A DNA stretch of 64,000 nt from an uncultured Gallionellaceae bacterium (lineage in GTDB: Bacteria; Pseudomonadota; Gammaproteobacteria; Burkholderiales; Gallionellaceae): contig CAINCU010000035.1 in the NCBI GenBank assembly GCA_903847155.1, forward strand, positions 2,008-66,007, given 5' to 3'. Numbering within the stretch: position 1 is the stretch's first letter; each line of letters opens with the position of its first letter. This document shows, piece after piece, positions 47,395 through 59,602 of this stretch. A model generated the notes under the pieces. The model saw nothing but the letters and a program-made list of their open reading frames with translations, had not been told where the DNA came from and did no database searches. The translations under genes and the position numbers were made by a program.

Positions 47395-48306
47395 CTAGGT
47401 TGGCTGCAATTGCATACGCAGAAAATCCGGCGCTTCTTCCTGTTTTTCAAACGTCGTCATTTCCCACGCCGTCTCATCCGCCAGTAAGGCGCGGCACAAA
47501 GCATTGTTCAAGGCATGACCGGATTTATAACCGTAGAATGCGCCGATCAGTGGGTGTCCGAGCAGATACAAGTCGCCAATGGCATCAAGAACTTTGTGTT
47601 TGACGAATTCATCCTCAAAACGCAGTCCATCAGGATTGATGACGCGGTACTCGTCCATCACGATGGCATTATCCAGATTGCCGCCCAAGGCCAATCCCTG
47701 CGCGCGCATGTACTCCACGTCCTGCATGAAACCGAAGGTACGGGCGCGGCTCACTTCCTTGATATAGGAGTGCGTTCCCAGATCGACCACAACGTTCTGT
47801 TTGGTATTGGCGAACACCGGGTGCGCAAAATTAATGGTAAAGCTTAGTTTGTAACCGTTGTATGGTTCGAAGCGCACCCACTTGTCGCCGTCTTTCACTT
47901 CCACGGTTTTCTTGATGCGGATGAATTTCTTGGCCGCTGCCTGCTCGATAATCCCTGCCGATTGCAGTAAGAAGATGAATGTGCCCGCACTGCCATCCAT
48001 GATGGGCAATTCAGGACTGGATAACTCCACAATGGCGTTATCGATTCCCAAGCCTGACAGTGCCGACATCAAATGCTCCACAGTCGCTACGCGCGCGCCG
48101 CCTGCTTCCAGACAAGTAGAAAGCCGTGTGTCATGCACAGCATGCGCTTCGGCACGAATGTCGGGAGAGTTCACCAAATCAACGCGACGAAACACGATGC
48201 CGCTGTCAATTGCAGCAGGACGCAAGGTCAGATAGACCTTCTCTCCCGAGTGCAAGCCGACACCCGTTGCCTGCATCACCGTCTTTAATGTGCGTTGCTT
48301 GACCAT
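47395..48306 (-). CDS. lpxC: UDP-3-O-acyl-N-acetylglucosamine deacetylase
   Basis: 303 aa with [17 protein letters not shown] and [12 protein letters not shown]. Confidence 0.95.
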   Translation of the reverse strand: MVKQRTLKTVMQATGVGLHSGEKVYLTLRPAAIDSGIVFRRVDLVNSPDIRAEAHAVHDTRLSTCLEAGGARVATVEHLMSALSGLGIDNAIVELSSPELPIMDGSAGTFIFLLQSAGIIEQAAAKKFIRIKKTVEVKDGDKWVRFEPYNGYKLSFTINFAHPVFANTKQNVVVDLGTHSYIKEVSRARTFGFMQDVEYMRAQGLALGGNLDNAIVMDEYRVINPDGLRFEDEFVKHKVLDAIGDLYLLGHPLIGAFYGYKSGHALNNALCRALLADETAWEMTTFEKQEEAPDFLRMQLQPT

Positions 48307-48391
48307 TGCGTATTACCTGACAAATTCGGTGCGAAGTTTAGCACAGGCGAGCGGGTAGCCCGCCGCCGCGCGGTTCCATCACGCACCGTAC

Positions 48392-49549
48392 TCAGTCGGC
48401 CTGCTTGCGTAAAAACGACGGGATGTCCAGCGTCTCAACTCCGGATTGCTTCATTGCTTCCACAGCTTCACGGTGGCGTCCGGTGCGAATCACTGCGGGC
48501 ATATCCAGCTCGCTGTAATTCACCGCCGGTGCATCATAAGTTCCAGTGCGTTGTTGTTTTTCATAAGCCAGCACCGGCTTCGGTTGCTTACGCGCCAGTG
48601 GAGCGCCGAGACCGGTAGCGACTATGGTTACGCGCAGTTCTTCACCCATATTTTCATCGAACACCGAACCGACGATCACCGTGGCCTCGGTAGCGGCAAA
48701 CTGGAAGCAATTCATCACTTCATGCAGTTCTTCCAAAGTCAGGCTGCTGCTGGAGGTGATGTTGACCAACACGCCGCGCGCACCGGACAGGTCCACGTCT
48801 TCCAGTAGCGGGCTGGCAATTGCCTGTTCGGCGGCACGTTGCGCGCGTCCTTCGCCGGAAGCGGAAGCCGCACCCATCATCGCCATGCCGTTTTCGGACA
48901 TCAGCGTGCATACATCAGCGAAGTCCACATTCACCATGCCGGGCACGTTGATGACTTCGGCGATACCCGCCACCGCGCCTTGCAGTACGCCGTTCGCCGC
49001 CTTGAATGCTTCCGGCAATGTGGTCTTGCCGCCCAGCACTTCCATCAGCTTGGCATTCGGCACAATGATGAGCGAATCCACATGGATCGCTAACTCTTCA
49101 ATACCTGTCTGCGCCAGTGTCATGCGTCGGCCTTCAAACACAAATGGTTTGGTCACCACCGCCACAGTAAGGATGCCCAATTCTTTCGCCACTTGCGCCA
49201 CGATGGGAGCCGCACCTGTTCCCGTGCCGCCGCCCATACCGGCAGTGATGAACACCATGTGCGCACCACCGATGATTTCGGCAATCCGCTCACGATCTTC
49301 TTCGGCCGCTGCTTGGCCGATTTCAGGCTTGGCACCTGCACCCAATCCCTTGGTCAGGTTGGCGCCGATTTGCAACTGCACGCGTGCCTTGCTGCGACGC
49401 AGTGCCTGTACGTCGGTATTGATAACGATGAACTCAACGCCTTGCACACCCTGATCGATCATGTGATCCACGGCGTTACCGCCGCAACCGCCCACGCCCA
49501 CCACCTTGATTATTGCGCCCTGCGGCTGTGCATCCATCAGTTCAAACAT
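48392..49549 (-). CDS. ftsZ: Cell division protein FtsZ
   Basis: 385 aa with the tubulin signature GGGTGTGAAP and the C-terminal DIPSFLRKQAD. Confidence 0.97.
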   Translation of the reverse strand: MFELMDAQPQGAIIKVVGVGGCGGNAVDHMIDQGVQGVEFIVINTDVQALRRSKARVQLQIGANLTKGLGAGAKPEIGQAAAEEDRERIAEIIGGAHMVFITAGMGGGTGTGAAPIVAQVAKELGILTVAVVTKPFVFEGRRMTLAQTGIEELAIHVDSLIIVPNAKLMEVLGGKTTLPEAFKAANGVLQGAVAGIAEVINVPGMVNVDFADVCTLMSENGMAMMGAASASGEGRAQRAAEQAIASPLLEDVDLSGARGVLVNITSSSSLTLEELHEVMNCFQFAATEATVIVGSVFDENMGEELRVTIVATGLGAPLARKQPKPVLAYEKQQRTGTYDAPAVNYSELDMPAVIRTGRHREAVEAMKQSGVETLDIPSFLRKQAD

Positions 49550-49597
49550 AGTATTTCTCCTTTAAAAATTGCAAACTAAACCCCGAACTGCATGAAA

Positions 49598-50833
49598 TTA
49601 AAAATTGCGTTGAAACCACATTTTCATATTTGCCAATACATCCTTGAACGATCCCGAATTGACGCGCGTCACTTCGTTGCGCTGATACTGATCCAGCCCA
49701 TACAACAACAAACCCACACCCGTGGCGTATCGCGGCGTCTTCACCACGTCGGACAAACCGCCGATATTGCGCGGCAAGCCCAAACGCACCGGCATATGGA
49801 AAATCTCTTCCCCCAACTCAATCATGCCCTGCATGGCACTGCTGCCTCCGGTGAGCACAATGCCGGACGACAGCAAATCCTCGAAACCGCTGCGGCGCAG
49901 CTCCTGCTGCACCAGCGAATACAACTCCTCTACGCGCGGTTCGATCACTTCTGACAGTGTTTGCCGCGACAAAGTGCGCGCACTACGCTCGCCTACGCCG
50001 GGTACCTCGATCGGTGCATCGTTAGCCAACTGCCGTAGCGCACAGCCGTATTTAATCTTGATGTCTTCGGCATCCTTGGTCGGTGTGCGCAACGCCATCG
50101 CGATGTCGTTGGTGATCTGGTCGCCCGCGATAGGGATCACCGCCGTATGGCGAATGGCGCCGCCGGTAAATACCGCCACATCGGTGGTGCCGCCTCCGAT
50201 ATCCACCAGACACACGCCCAGTTCTTTTTCATCGTCGGCCAGCACCGCCTTGCTCGATGCCAGCGGTTGCAAGATCATCTCATTCACTTCCAGGCCGCAA
50301 CGGTGGATGCACTTCAAAATATTCTGCACTGCCGACACCGCGCCGGTGACGATATGAATCTCCACTTCCAGCCGCATGCCACTCATGCCCAGTGGCTTCT
50401 TGATGCCGCCCTGCCCATCGATACTGAACTCCTGTTCGATGATATGCAGCGTCTGCTGGTCGCCCGGCAAACTGATCGAACTCGCGGTTTCGATGGCACG
50501 CACGATGTCGGTGTGCGCCACTTCCTTGTCCTTGATCTTGATCATGCCGTTGGCGTTGGAGCTGCGAATGTGGCTGCCCGCGATGCCGGTATAAACCTCG
50601 CGTATCTTGCAGTCCGCCATCAACTCGGCTTCTTCCAGCGCGCGCTGGATCGCGCCGACCGTCGCGTCGATATTTACCACCATGCCCTTCTTCATGCCGG
50701 ATGATTGGTGCATGCCCGCACCGATCACCTCCAGCGTGCCTTCCGGCCTGATCTCGGCGACGATGCATGCGATCTTCGACGTGCCAATGTCCAGCCCCAC
50801 GATCAAATGCTTGTTCTCTCTGTTCTTGCTCAT
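49598..50833 (-). CDS. ftsA: Cell division protein FtsA
   Basis: 411 aa with an actin-like fold (VGLDIGTSKI, DIGGGTTD). Confidence 0.95.
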   Translation of the reverse strand: MSKNRENKHLIVGLDIGTSKIACIVAEIRPEGTLEVIGAGMHQSSGMKKGMVVNIDATVGAIQRALEEAELMADCKIREVYTGIAGSHIRSSNANGMIKIKDKEVAHTDIVRAIETASSISLPGDQQTLHIIEQEFSIDGQGGIKKPLGMSGMRLEVEIHIVTGAVSAVQNILKCIHRCGLEVNEMILQPLASSKAVLADDEKELGVCLVDIGGGTTDVAVFTGGAIRHTAVIPIAGDQITNDIAMALRTPTKDAEDIKIKYGCALRQLANDAPIEVPGVGERSARTLSRQTLSEVIEPRVEELYSLVQQELRRSGFEDLLSSGIVLTGGSSAMQGMIELGEEIFHMPVRLGLPRNIGGLSDVVKTPRYATGVGLLLYGLDQYQRNEVTRVNSGSFKDVLANMKMWFQRNF

Positions 50834-50854
50834 CGCTGTCCCTTTACCACTCCA

Positions 50855-51559
50855 TCAAACATTGCCGCCCGGCAGATATGCCGCAAATCCGTTGCGATAA
50901 CGCAGATCCACATGGTTTGCCGGCCGCGTCATAACCGCCAAACTGTATGGATACACCGTAATGAAGCGCGTCAAACGCTGCTGCATTTGTTCCCGTCCCA
51001 ACTCCAACACCATGCCGTTGTCCAGCTTCACTTGCCATGCGTAACGCGGCGACAAACTGATCTGCGCGATCCGTTGCTGCATTGGATGCAGCGCCACGCT
51101 CAACTCGCCATACATCCGGGTCACCAGCATAGAGCTGTCCGTTTGTCCGATGAACTCCGGCAGCGATTGCTCTGTGCGTGCCGCGAACACTTCACCGTGC
51201 GTATTCACCAGCGCCGAACCGTTCCAGCGTGCCAGAGCCTCTTGTTCTTCCACTGTCACTTCCAGATTCCACGGAAACTTGCGGCGCACGCTCACCTTGC
51301 GCACCCACGGCAACTGCTCGAATGCCTGCCGCGTACGATCCAGATCGACCGTGAAAAAATTCCCACTCACTTGTTCGTGCACAATCTTTTCCATTTGTTC
51401 GGTCGAGACACGCTGCGGTGCAGCTGTCAATACCACCGCACGCAATGGGAATACAGGCAGCCGCAACACATAACGCGCCGCGCCATACAGCACCAGCCCC
51501 AGGCTGATGCCGAACAGCAGGTTGGAAATGAGACGCAGCAGCGGCGTGTTATCCCACAT
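50855..51559 (-). CDS. ftsQ: Cell division protein FtsQ
   Basis: An N-terminal TM helix plus POTRA/FtsQ domains. The ATG lies within the ddl stop region (cATGTGGGATAA). Confidence 0.85.
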   Translation of the reverse strand: MWDNTPLLRLISNLLFGISLGLVLYGAARYVLRLPVFPLRAVVLTAAPQRVSTEQMEKIVHEQVSGNFFTVDLDRTRQAFEQLPWVRKVSVRRKFPWNLEVTVEEQEALARWNGSALVNTHGEVFAARTEQSLPEFIGQTDSSMLVTRMYGELSVALHPMQQRIAQISLSPRYAWQVKLDNGMVLELGREQMQQRLTRFITVYPYSLAVMTRPANHVDLRYRNGFAAYLPGGNV

Positions 51560-52460
51560 GTGCCCCCTCCAATATCTGCACCACGAGCTGCTCAAAACTG
51601 ATGCCCGCCTGGCGTGCTGCCATCGGTACCAGGCTATGGTCAGTCATGCCGGGTGAAGTATTTACCTCCAGCAAATACAACTTGCCATCTTCGCCGTGCA
51701 GGAAATCCACGCGCCCCCAACCCTGTCCGCCGATCAGCGCAAATCCCAGCAACGCAAGACTCTGCATTTCGGTTTCTTCTTCTGCGCTCAATCCGCTCGG
51801 GCAACGATAAATCGTATCGTCGCGCAAATATTTCGCGTCGTAATCGTAGAACTCGTTCGCCGGTTCGATCTTGATCACCGGCAATGCACGCCCGTTGAGG
51901 ATGGTCGCCGTGTATTCGCCACCGCCCACAAAACTCTCTGCGATCACCACCTTGTCATGTTTGGCTGCCTCGGCATATGCGGCAGGCAATGCTTCCACAG
52001 TCTTGACCTTGGTCACCCCGACGCTGGAGCCTTCGCTGGCAGGCTTGATGAACAAAGGCAGATCGAGATGGTTCGCCAGCGCATCCCAGTCAGTAGGCGC
52101 AGTCAACGCCTCATAATCCGGGATGGGTAATTCCGCCGCGTGCCAGATCAATTTTGTTCGCCACTTATCCATCGCAATCGCCGAAGCCATCACGCCGCTA
52201 CCGGTGTAGGGAATGCCCATCAACTCCAGCGCGCCCTGCACTGTGCCGTCTTCACCGAAGCGCCCGTGCAAAGCGATAAATACGCGGTCGAATTTTTCGT
52301 CGTGCAATTCGTGCAAATCGCGTTGCGCCGGATCGAATGCATGCGCATCCACACCGCTTCTTTGCAGCGCTGCCAAAACGGCCGCACCGCTCTTCAGTGA
52401 CACTTCGCGCTCTGCCGAACGCCCCCCAAGGAGCACTGCCACTTTTCCAAATTTAATCAA
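51549..52460 (-). CDS. ddl: D-alanine--D-alanine ligase
   Basis: [22 protein letters not shown] plus an ATP-grasp core. The probable TTG start at 52460 overlaps the murB stop; the upstream Met at 52502 is less likely. Confidence 0.9.
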   Translation of the reverse strand: MIKFGKVAVLLGGRSAEREVSLKSGAAVLAALQRSGVDAHAFDPAQRDLHELHDEKFDRVFIALHGRFGEDGTVQGALELMGIPYTGSGVMASAIAMDKWRTKLIWHAAELPIPDYEALTAPTDWDALANHLDLPLFIKPASEGSSVGVTKVKTVEALPAAYAEAAKHDKVVIAESFVGGGEYTATILNGRALPVIKIEPANEFYDYDAKYLRDDTIYRCPSGLSAEEETEMQSLALLGFALIGGQGWGRVDFLHGEDGKLYLLEVNTSPGMTDHSLVPMAARQAGISFEQLVVQILEGAHVG

Positions 52461-53370
52461 TTCTTTCTCCCACGATACGCACCTCGGGATGCAAATCGAC
52501 ACCCGTCTGTTGCAATACCGTCGCCCGCACTTCTTCTATCAGATTTTCAATGTCCGCCGCTGTCGCTTCGCCCACATTCACGATGAAGTTGGCATGCTTC
52601 TTCGACACCTGCGCGCCGCCGATGCGTTTGCCTTTCAGCCCGCAGCCTTCAATAATCTTCGCCGCGTAGTTGCCCGGCGGATTGCGGAACACCGAGCCTG
52701 CGTTCGGTTTGTCCAGTGGCTGGCTGGCATTGCGTTTTTCCAGCAAAGCTTTCATACCCTTGCGCGCGACATCAACGTCGCCTTGTTCGAAATGCAGCCA
52801 CGCGCCGACGAAAAATTCTTCACTCGCTGTGTGCAGTTGCACATGGCGGTAACCGATCTCATATTCCTGCGGCGTGCGTTCCAGCAATTCGCCGCGTCGC
52901 GTCAATACCTGCACGCGCTGTACTTTCTGCCAAGTCTCGCTGCCGTAACATCCGGCGTTCATCGTCAGCATGCCGCCCAAGGTGCCGGGAATGCCGCCGA
53001 AGAATTCCGCACCGCACATATTGTTCGCTGCCGCGAAGCGCGCCAGTTTTGCGCCCGGCACTCCAGCTTGCGCGTAGATATTTTCGCCATCCATGCGCAA
53101 TTCGCTCAGCGCGCCAAGCATCAGCAATACCGTGCCGCGCAACCCGCCGTCACGCACCAGCAAGTTGCTGCCGAGACCCACGGCGATCAGCGGTTCGTCT
53201 GTCGGCAACTGGCGCAGGAAATTTTGCATGTCTGCAAGGTCGGCAGCCTGATACATGCGTTGCGCGATGCCGCCTGCGCGCCAGGAAGTGTGGCGGCGCA
53301 TCTTCACATCGAAGCTCATCTCGCCTCGAAGTTCTGCTGCTTTGAACTGTACCGGTTCGCTCATATTCAT
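52453..53370 (-). CDS. murB: UDP-N-acetylenolpyruvoylglucosamine reductase
   Basis: 305 aa with an FAD-binding domain ([11 protein letters not shown]) and the catalytic motif GSVFRNP. Confidence 0.9.
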   Translation of the reverse strand: MNMSEPVQFKAAELRGEMSFDVKMRRHTSWRAGGIAQRMYQAADLADMQNFLRQLPTDEPLIAVGLGSNLLVRDGGLRGTVLLMLGALSELRMDGENIYAQAGVPGAKLARFAAANNMCGAEFFGGIPGTLGGMLTMNAGCYGSETWQKVQRVQVLTRRGELLERTPQEYEIGYRHVQLHTASEEFFVGAWLHFEQGDVDVARKGMKALLEKRNASQPLDKPNAGSVFRNPPGNYAAKIIEGCGLKGKRIGGAQVSKKHANFIVNVGEATAADIENLIEEVRATVLQQTGVDLHPEVRIVGERID

Positions 53371-54767
53371 TTTTGCGCCAACTGCTTCACTAGATTAGGC
53401 ACACCGCCAATGGAACCCGCGCCCATGGTCAGCACTACATCGCCGTCGCGCGCCATTTGCAAAATGGTCTGCGGCATGTCGGCGATGTTCTCCACGAACA
53501 CCGCGTTGCTTTGTCCCACCACGCGCAAGGCATGCATCAGCGCGCGCCCGTCTGCTGCCACGATGGGCGCTTCGCCCGCCGCATAAATTTCCGCCAGCGC
53601 CAGTGCATCCACACCGCTCAACACCTTCACAAAATCCTCGAACAAGTCGCGCGTGCGCGTGAAGCGATGCGGCTGGAAGGACAGCAACAAGCGCTTGCCG
53701 GGAAAGGCGCCGCGCACGGCGGCCAGCGTGGCTTTCATTTCCACCGGATGATGGCCGTAGTCGTCGATCAAAGTGAAGCTGCCGCCCGCAGCCAGCGCAA
53801 TCTCACCATAGCGTTGCATGCGCCGCCCCACGCCCTCGAACTCCGTCAGTGCCGCCACGATGGCCTCCGGCTTGACGCCGACTTCCAGACCGACCGCGAT
53901 GGCCGCCAGCGAGTTCAGCACGTTGTGCATACCCGCCAAGTTGAGCGTGACTTCAAGATCGATCGGCACGGTGTTATGGCGACACAGTGCCGTGAAGCGC
54001 ATCTGTCCGCCCTCGTGGCGCACGTTCACCGCGCGAATCTGCGCCTCTTCGCCGAAGCCGTAAGTGGTGATCGGCTTGCTGATGCGCGACAAAATCTCGC
54101 GCACGTTCTCATCATCCGAACACAGAATGGCGCGGCCATAGAACGGCAAGCGCTCGACGAAATCGACGAACGCCTGTTTCAATTTATTGAAGTCGTGGTC
54201 GTAGGTTTCCATGTGGTCGGCATCGATGTTGGTGACCACGGCAAGAATTGGTGTGAGATAGAGGAACGAGGCATCCGACTCGTCTGCCTCGGCCACGATG
54301 AACTCACCCGTGCCCAGCCTTGCGTTGGCGCCGCTGCTATTCAAGCGTCCGCCGATGACGAAGGTCGGGTCGTAACCACCCTTGGCCAACACGCTGGTGA
54401 CCAGCGAAGTGGTGGTGGTTTTGCCGTGGGTGCCCGCCACCGCGATGCCTTGACGCAAGCGCATCAACTCCGCCAGCATCACCGCGCGTGGCACCACCGG
54501 AATGCGCTGTTCGCGTGCCGCGATCACTTCCGGGTTGTCTGCCTTGACCGCAGTGGAAACCACTACCGCATCGACATTCTGCAAATGCTGCGCGGCATGT
54601 CCTTTGTAAACCGTCGCGCCCAGAGATTGCAGGCGCTGCGTAACCGCACTGTCTGACAGATCGGAACCGCTCACCTTGAACCCGAGATTCAGCATCACCT
54701 CGGCGATACCATTCATGCCGGAACCGCCGATGCCGACGAAGTGAATATTTTTGATTTTGTGTTTCAT
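53367..54767 (-). CDS. murC: UDP-N-acetylmuramate--L-alanine ligase
   Basis: 466 aa from [22 protein letters not shown], with the motif [10 protein letters not shown]. Confidence 0.95.
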   Translation of the reverse strand: MKHKIKNIHFVGIGGSGMNGIAEVMLNLGFKVSGSDLSDSAVTQRLQSLGATVYKGHAAQHLQNVDAVVVSTAVKADNPEVIAAREQRIPVVPRAVMLAELMRLRQGIAVAGTHGKTTTTSLVTSVLAKGGYDPTFVIGGRLNSSGANARLGTGEFIVAEADESDASFLYLTPILAVVTNIDADHMETYDHDFNKLKQAFVDFVERLPFYGRAILCSDDENVREILSRISKPITTYGFGEEAQIRAVNVRHEGGQMRFTALCRHNTVPIDLEVTLNLAGMHNVLNSLAAIAVGLEVGVKPEAIVAALTEFEGVGRRMQRYGEIALAAGGSFTLIDDYGHHPVEMKATLAAVRGAFPGKRLLLSFQPHRFTRTRDLFEDFVKVLSGVDALALAEIYAAGEAPIVAADGRALMHALRVVGQSNAVFVENIADMPQTILQMARDGDVVLTMGAGSIGGVPNLVKQLAQK

Positions 54768-54774
54768 ATTCGTT

Positions 54775-55956
54775 TTACTCCGCAAGAGAAATGCATACTT
54801 GTGCCACTTGCTCAGTCGCATCCGGCTTCGCCAGACTGCGCGCGGCTTGCGCCATCGCCAGCAGTTTTTCTCGAGTCATTTCGCGCAACAACTGCGCCAG
54901 TTTTTCTGCTTTCAATTCGGTTTGCGGTAACAACACCGCCGCCCCGTGCTCGCTGAGGAAGCGCGCGTTGTACGTCTGGTGATCGTCCACCGCGAACGGG
55001 AACGGCACCAGCACGCTCGCCACGCCCGCCGCCGCCAACTCGGCGATGGTCAATGCACCTGCGCGGCAGATCACCACATCGGCGTTGGCATATTGCTGCG
55101 CCATGTCGTCGAGGAAGGGGCGGAGGTCGGCGCTTACACCGGCTTGTTTGTACATCTCTTCCACGGCCCCGAAATTTTTCTTGCCGGTTTGGTGAATCAC
55201 GTTGAAAGGGAGGCACTCTTGTTCATCCAATAACAGCGCCAGCGCTTTCGGCAACGCTTGGTTCAGTGCCTGCGCCCCCAGACTGCCGCCGACCACCAGC
55301 ACATTCAGCTTGCCGCTGCGCGCTGCATAACGCACCTGCGGATCGGGCAGGGCGGCGATATCGGCGCGCACCGGATTGCCACACCAGAGGTTGCGTTCGA
55401 CTTGCCTGCTTGACCGCAAGTCAATAGATTCGGGCATCTTCGTAGCATTATTATGGAGATCGCCTATTGACGGGCGTTCCCGGCTAGGTGCGGATAATTT
55501 ATTGGTATGTAACACGCCGGGGAACCCGCTCAGCACCCGCGTCGCCAGTTGCGCCAGCACTTTGTTGCTCATGCCCGCGATGGAATTCTGTTCGTGGATC
55601 ACCAGCGGACGGCGCAGCAGCGCAGCCATCAAGCCACCCGGCATGGTGATGTAGCCGCCCATGCCCAGCACCACGTCGGGACGGTGACGCAGGATCGCGT
55701 CCGCACTTTGTCCCAGCGCGCGCAACAAAGTGAACGGCAGCGTCAGCAAGCGCAGCCACCCTTTGCCGCGCACGCCGGAAAAATTCACCCACGCCACCGG
55801 ATAACCATGTTTGGGCACCAGCTCTGCTTCCATGCTGTTCGGTGCACCCAGCCACACGATGTGCCAGCCACGTGCGCGCAAAGCGTCGGCCACTGCCAGT
55901 CCCGGATAGATGTGTCCGCCGGTGCCGCCCGCCATGATGAGGATGGTGCGGTTCAT
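54775..55956 (-). CDS. murG: Undecaprenyldiphospho-muramoylpentapeptide beta-N-acetylglucosaminyltransferase, carrying a ~37-codon in-frame insertion
   Basis: 393 aa with [22 protein letters not shown] and HEQN. An atypically long segment separates FPG from GNPVR. Confidence 0.9.
   Translation of the reverse strand: MNRTILIMAGGTGGHIYPGLAVADALRARGWHIVWLGAPNSMEAELVPKHGYPVAWVNFSGVRGKGWLRLLTLPFTLLRALGQSADAILRHRPDVVLGMGGYITMPGGLMAALLRRPLVIHEQNSIAGMSNKVLAQLATRVLSGFPGVLHTNKLSAPSRERPSIGDLHNNATKMPESIDLRSSRQVERNLWCGNPVRADIAALPDPQVRYAARSGKLNVLVVGGSLGAQALNQALPKALALLLDEQECLPFNVIHQTGKKNFGAVEEMYKQAGVSADLRPFLDDMAQQYANADVVICRAGALTIAELAAAGVASVLVPFPFAVDDHQTYNARFLSEHGAAVLLPQTELKAEKLAQLLREMTREKLLAMAQAARSLAKPDATEQVAQVCISLAE
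55416..55481 (-). repeat. REP-like element (full ~66-nt form) inside the murG reading frame
   Basis: gcaagtcaatagattcgggcatcttcgtagcattattatggagatcgcctattgacgggcgttccc is collinear with the intergenic copies at 41151 and 30728. Confidence 0.8.
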
Positions 55957-57116
55957 ATCGGCAATCCTCTGGCAACACGTCGATTCTCATAATCAATCCG
56001 CAGTAGCACTGCAACCGCAATCAGATTCACCGCCACACCGCTGCCGCCGAAGCTGAGGAAGGGCAGGGTCAAGCCCTTGGTCGGCAGGATGCCCATGTTC
56101 ACGCCCATGTTGATGAATGTCTGCACGCCCAGCCACACCGCGATGCCTTGTGCCACCAGCGCGGCGAACAGGCGTTCCGACATCGCCGCCTGACGGCCAA
56201 TGGCGAAGGCGCGCACGACGAGCCAGGCGAACAACAGAATGACGGCGCATACGCCAAGCAGGCCCAGTTCTTCTGCGATTACCGCCAGCAGAAAGTCGGT
56301 GTGCGCTTCCGGCAAATAGAATAATTTTTCCACGCTGCCGCCGAGGCCGACGCCGAACCATTCGCCGCGGCCGAAGGCGATCAACGCGTGGCTGAGTTGA
56401 TAGCCTTTACCATAGGGATCGGACCATGGGTCCATGAAGCCAATGACGCGTTGCATGCGGTATGCGGAAGAGAACACCAGCGCCGCAAACAACAGCGGCA
56501 ACAGCACCAGCAAGCCACCGAAGATTTTCAGATTGAAGCCGCCCAGCCACAAGGTACACATGGCAATGGCGAGGATCACGCCGAAGGCGCCCATGTCCGG
56601 CTCCAGCAATAATAGTCCGCCGACCAGACCGATCACGGCGAACATCGGCAGGAACGGTTTGAGCAAATGATCTTTCACTGCGCCTTTGCGCACGGCGTAA
56701 TCCGCCGCGTACAACACGGCAAACAGTTTCATCAGTTCCGATGGTTGCAAATTGACGATCACCAGCGGCAACCAGCGGCGGCTACCGTTCACCGCACGTC
56801 CCACGTGGGGAATCAGCACCACAACCAGCAACAACACGCCGATGGCAAACAGCCAAGGTGCAGATTTCTGCCAGGTCTGCGTCGGCACCTGAAACGCGAT
56901 CACCGCGCACACCAGACCCACTGCGATGAACATCCCGTGGCGCAACAGATAGTAGGTGGCTTGATGGTTGGTATATTTGCCTGCTTCGGCGGTGGCGATC
57001 GAAGCGGAATACACCATCACCAGGCCGATAGACAACAGCGCGGTGACGATCCATGCCAACACTTCATCATATTCGGGCGCGGCGCGGCGCGGCGCGTTCA
57101 ATGCTGTGCTGAACAT
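55953..57116 (-). CDS. ftsW: Peptidoglycan glycosyltransferase FtsW (SEDS family)
   Basis: 387 aa, polytopic, with SEDS motifs ([30 protein letters not shown]). Confidence 0.9.
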   Translation of the reverse strand: MFSTALNAPRRAAPEYDEVLAWIVTALLSIGLVMVYSASIATAEAGKYTNHQATYYLLRHGMFIAVGLVCAVIAFQVPTQTWQKSAPWLFAIGVLLLVVVLIPHVGRAVNGSRRWLPLVIVNLQPSELMKLFAVLYAADYAVRKGAVKDHLLKPFLPMFAVIGLVGGLLLLEPDMGAFGVILAIAMCTLWLGGFNLKIFGGLLVLLPLLFAALVFSSAYRMQRVIGFMDPWSDPYGKGYQLSHALIAFGRGEWFGVGLGGSVEKLFYLPEAHTDFLLAVIAEELGLLGVCAVILLFAWLVVRAFAIGRQAAMSERLFAALVAQGIAVWLGVQTFINMGVNMGILPTKGLTLPFLSFGGSGVAVNLIAVAVLLRIDYENRRVARGLPI

Positions 57117-58495
57117 GTCGCCTCCGATTCCAGATTCTTCACTGCCGCGATGAATACTTCGGCGCGGTGCAGATAGCTGCGGTACATATCGAAGCTGGCG
57201 CAGGCGGGCGACATCAGCACCGCATCGCCGGCTTGCGCCTGCACGCTGGCTTTGCGCACCGCATCCTCCATATTGCTTGCTTGTAATATTGGCTTGCCGC
57301 AGCCTTGCAGTGCCTGCTCGATCAGCGGCGCATCGCGCCCGATCAATACGGCTGCGCGCGCATGTTGCACTACCGCATCTTTCAACGACGAAAAATCTTG
57401 TCCCTTGCCGTCGCCGCCGAGAATGACCACGGCAGGTTTGCCCAAACCTTTCAGCGCGGCTTCGGTGGCACCGACGTTGGTGCCTTTCGAATCATCGTAA
57501 TAAGTCACGCCGTTGATCTCGGCAACTTTTTCCACGCGATGCGGCAAGCCCTTGAATGCGCGCAGTGCAGCGCACAAAGGTGCCAGCGGTAGATCGAGCG
57601 CACGGCACAACGCCAGCGCTGCCAAGGCGTTGGCCACGTTGTGCAGACCGCTCACTTGCAGTTCGTCAGCGCGCATGATCTTTTGGTCGCCCTGCATCAG
57701 CCAGATCACATCGCCCACGCGGACGATGCCCCAATCGTGTTCTCCAAGCGGACGAGCCAGTGCAAAGCTCGCCTGGCGCCGCCCGGGGATGCGCATCGCC
57801 GCGCTGCGCGCATCGTCGTGATTGACGATCTGCACGCCGTTGCCCTGGAAGATGCGCGCCTTGGCTGCCGCGTAGGCATCCATGCTGCCCGCGTAGCGGT
57901 CGAGGTGGTCTTCGGTCACGTTGAGCACCACGGCCGCATCGGCGTTCAGCGTATGCGTGGTTTCGAGCTGGAAGCTTGACAGTTCCAGCACCCACACTTG
58001 CGGCTGCCGGTCACGCGCGCGCAAAGCATCGAGCACTGCGGGGGAGATGTTGCCCGCCACCTGTGTGTCCAATCCTGCCGCTTCACACATCGCTCCAACC
58101 ATGCTGGTGACCGTGGTCTTGCCGTTGGCTCCGGTGATGGCGATGACCTTGGTGTTGCGACGGTAGTTGTTGGTCGCCAGTTGCTGTGCCAGCAACTCGA
58201 TGTCGCCCTCCACCGGGATGCCGCGCGCGAGGGCGCGCTGCACCAGCGGCTCGGCCAGCGGCACGCCGGGACTAATGGCGATGCGCTGTATGCCCTGCAG
58301 CAACTCATCGCTGAACGCACCGCAGCGCAGTTCGACTTGCGGCAATTCGCCGTGCAATTTTCCGCTGCCGGGCGGCGCAGCACGGCTGTCGGCCACGCGC
58401 ACCTGTGCACCTTGCGTATTCAACCAGCGCGCAAGCGACAACCCGGTCTCACCGAGACCGAATACCAGCACTGATTGTCCGCGCAGTTCGTTCAT
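57098..58495 (-). CDS. murD: UDP-N-acetylmuramoylalanine--D-glutamate ligase
   Basis: 465 aa with [17 protein letters not shown] and DDSKGTN. Confidence 0.95.
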   Translation of the reverse strand: MNELRGQSVLVFGLGETGLSLARWLNTQGAQVRVADSRAAPPGSGKLHGELPQVELRCGAFSDELLQGIQRIAISPGVPLAEPLVQRALARGIPVEGDIELLAQQLATNNYRRNTKVIAITGANGKTTVTSMVGAMCEAAGLDTQVAGNISPAVLDALRARDRQPQVWVLELSSFQLETTHTLNADAAVVLNVTEDHLDRYAGSMDAYAAAKARIFQGNGVQIVNHDDARSAAMRIPGRRQASFALARPLGEHDWGIVRVGDVIWLMQGDQKIMRADELQVSGLHNVANALAALALCRALDLPLAPLCAALRAFKGLPHRVEKVAEINGVTYYDDSKGTNVGATEAALKGLGKPAVVILGGDGKGQDFSSLKDAVVQHARAAVLIGRDAPLIEQALQGCGKPILQASNMEDAVRKASVQAQAGDAVLMSPACASFDMYRSYLHRAEVFIAAVKNLESEATCSAQH

Positions 58496-58498
58496 GGT

Positions 58499-59602
58499 TT
58501 ATCTCAGCTTCAGCGTTGCCAATCCGATGAGAACCAGCATCATGGTGATGATCCAGAAGCGCACCACGACTTGTGTCTCCTTCCAGCCTTTTTGCTCGAA
58601 GTGATGATGCAACGGAGCCATCAGCAAGATGCGTTGTCCCTTGCCGTAGCGCCGCTTGGTATATTTGAAATAAGTGACTTGCAGCATCACCGACACCGCT
58701 TCCACCACGAACACGCCGCCCATGATGAACAGCACCAGTTCCTGCCGGATGATGACCGCTACTGCGCCCAGCGCCGCGCCCAATGCCAGCGCGCCGACAT
58801 CGCCCATGAATACTTCTGCCGGATAGGCGTTGAACCATAAAAACGCCAGTCCCGCGCCGGAGATGGCCGCGCAGAACACTGCCAGTTCGCCCGCGCCGGG
58901 AATTGAAGGCTCGCCCAGATATTTGGAAAATTCGGCGTGTCCCGCGACGTAAGCAAAGATCGCCAGTGCGGCAGCCACCATCACCGTGGGCATGATGGCC
59001 AAGCCATCCAGTCCGTCGGTGAGATTCACCGCGTTGCTGCTGCCGACGATGACCAGATACACCAGCACGATGAAACCGCCAGCACCCAACGGCAGCACCA
59101 GATGTTTGAAGAACGGCACGATGAGCTCGGTATGCGCGGGCAGCGTGGCATGCGACCACAGGAAGATGCCGACCGCCAAGGCGATCAGCGATTGCCAGAA
59201 CATTTTTGTCTTGGCGGAGAGTCCGTCCGGGTTGCGGTGCACGACCTTGCGATAGTCATCCACCCAGCCGATAGCCCCGATACCCAGCGTGGTAAACAGC
59301 ACTACCCAGATGTAAGCGTTGCTCAAGTCACCCCACAATAAAGTGGTAATGGCGACCGAGGCCAGAATCAGCGCACCGCCCATGGTCGGCGTGCCCGCTT
59401 TTACCAGATGCGTTTGCGGTCCGTCAGTGCGCACCGCTTGGCCGATTTTCATGGATGTCAGCTTGCGGATCATCCACGGCCCCAGCATGAAGGAAATGAT
59501 GAGCGCGGTCATCGCCGCCATCACCGCGCGCAAGGTGATGTAGTTGAACACGCTGAACGTGCGCACATCCTGAGCCAACCAATGGGCTAATGCGAGCAGC
59601 AT
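58499..59602 (-). CDS. mraY: Phospho-N-acetylmuramoyl-pentapeptide transferase
   Basis: 367 aa from MLLALAHWL, with [20 protein letters not shown] and APLHHHFE. Confidence 0.95.
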   Translation of the reverse strand: MLLALAHWLAQDVRTFSVFNYITLRAVMAAMTALIISFMLGPWMIRKLTSMKIGQAVRTDGPQTHLVKAGTPTMGGALILASVAITTLLWGDLSNAYIWVVLFTTLGIGAIGWVDDYRKVVHRNPDGLSAKTKMFWQSLIALAVGIFLWSHATLPAHTELIVPFFKHLVLPLGAGGFIVLVYLVIVGSSNAVNLTDGLDGLAIMPTVMVAAALAIFAYVAGHAEFSKYLGEPSIPGAGELAVFCAAISGAGLAFLWFNAYPAEVFMGDVGALALGAALGAVAVIIRQELVLFIMGGVFVVEAVSVMLQVTYFKYTKRRYGKGQRILLMAPLHHHFEQKGWKETQVVVRFWIITMMLVLIGLATLKLR

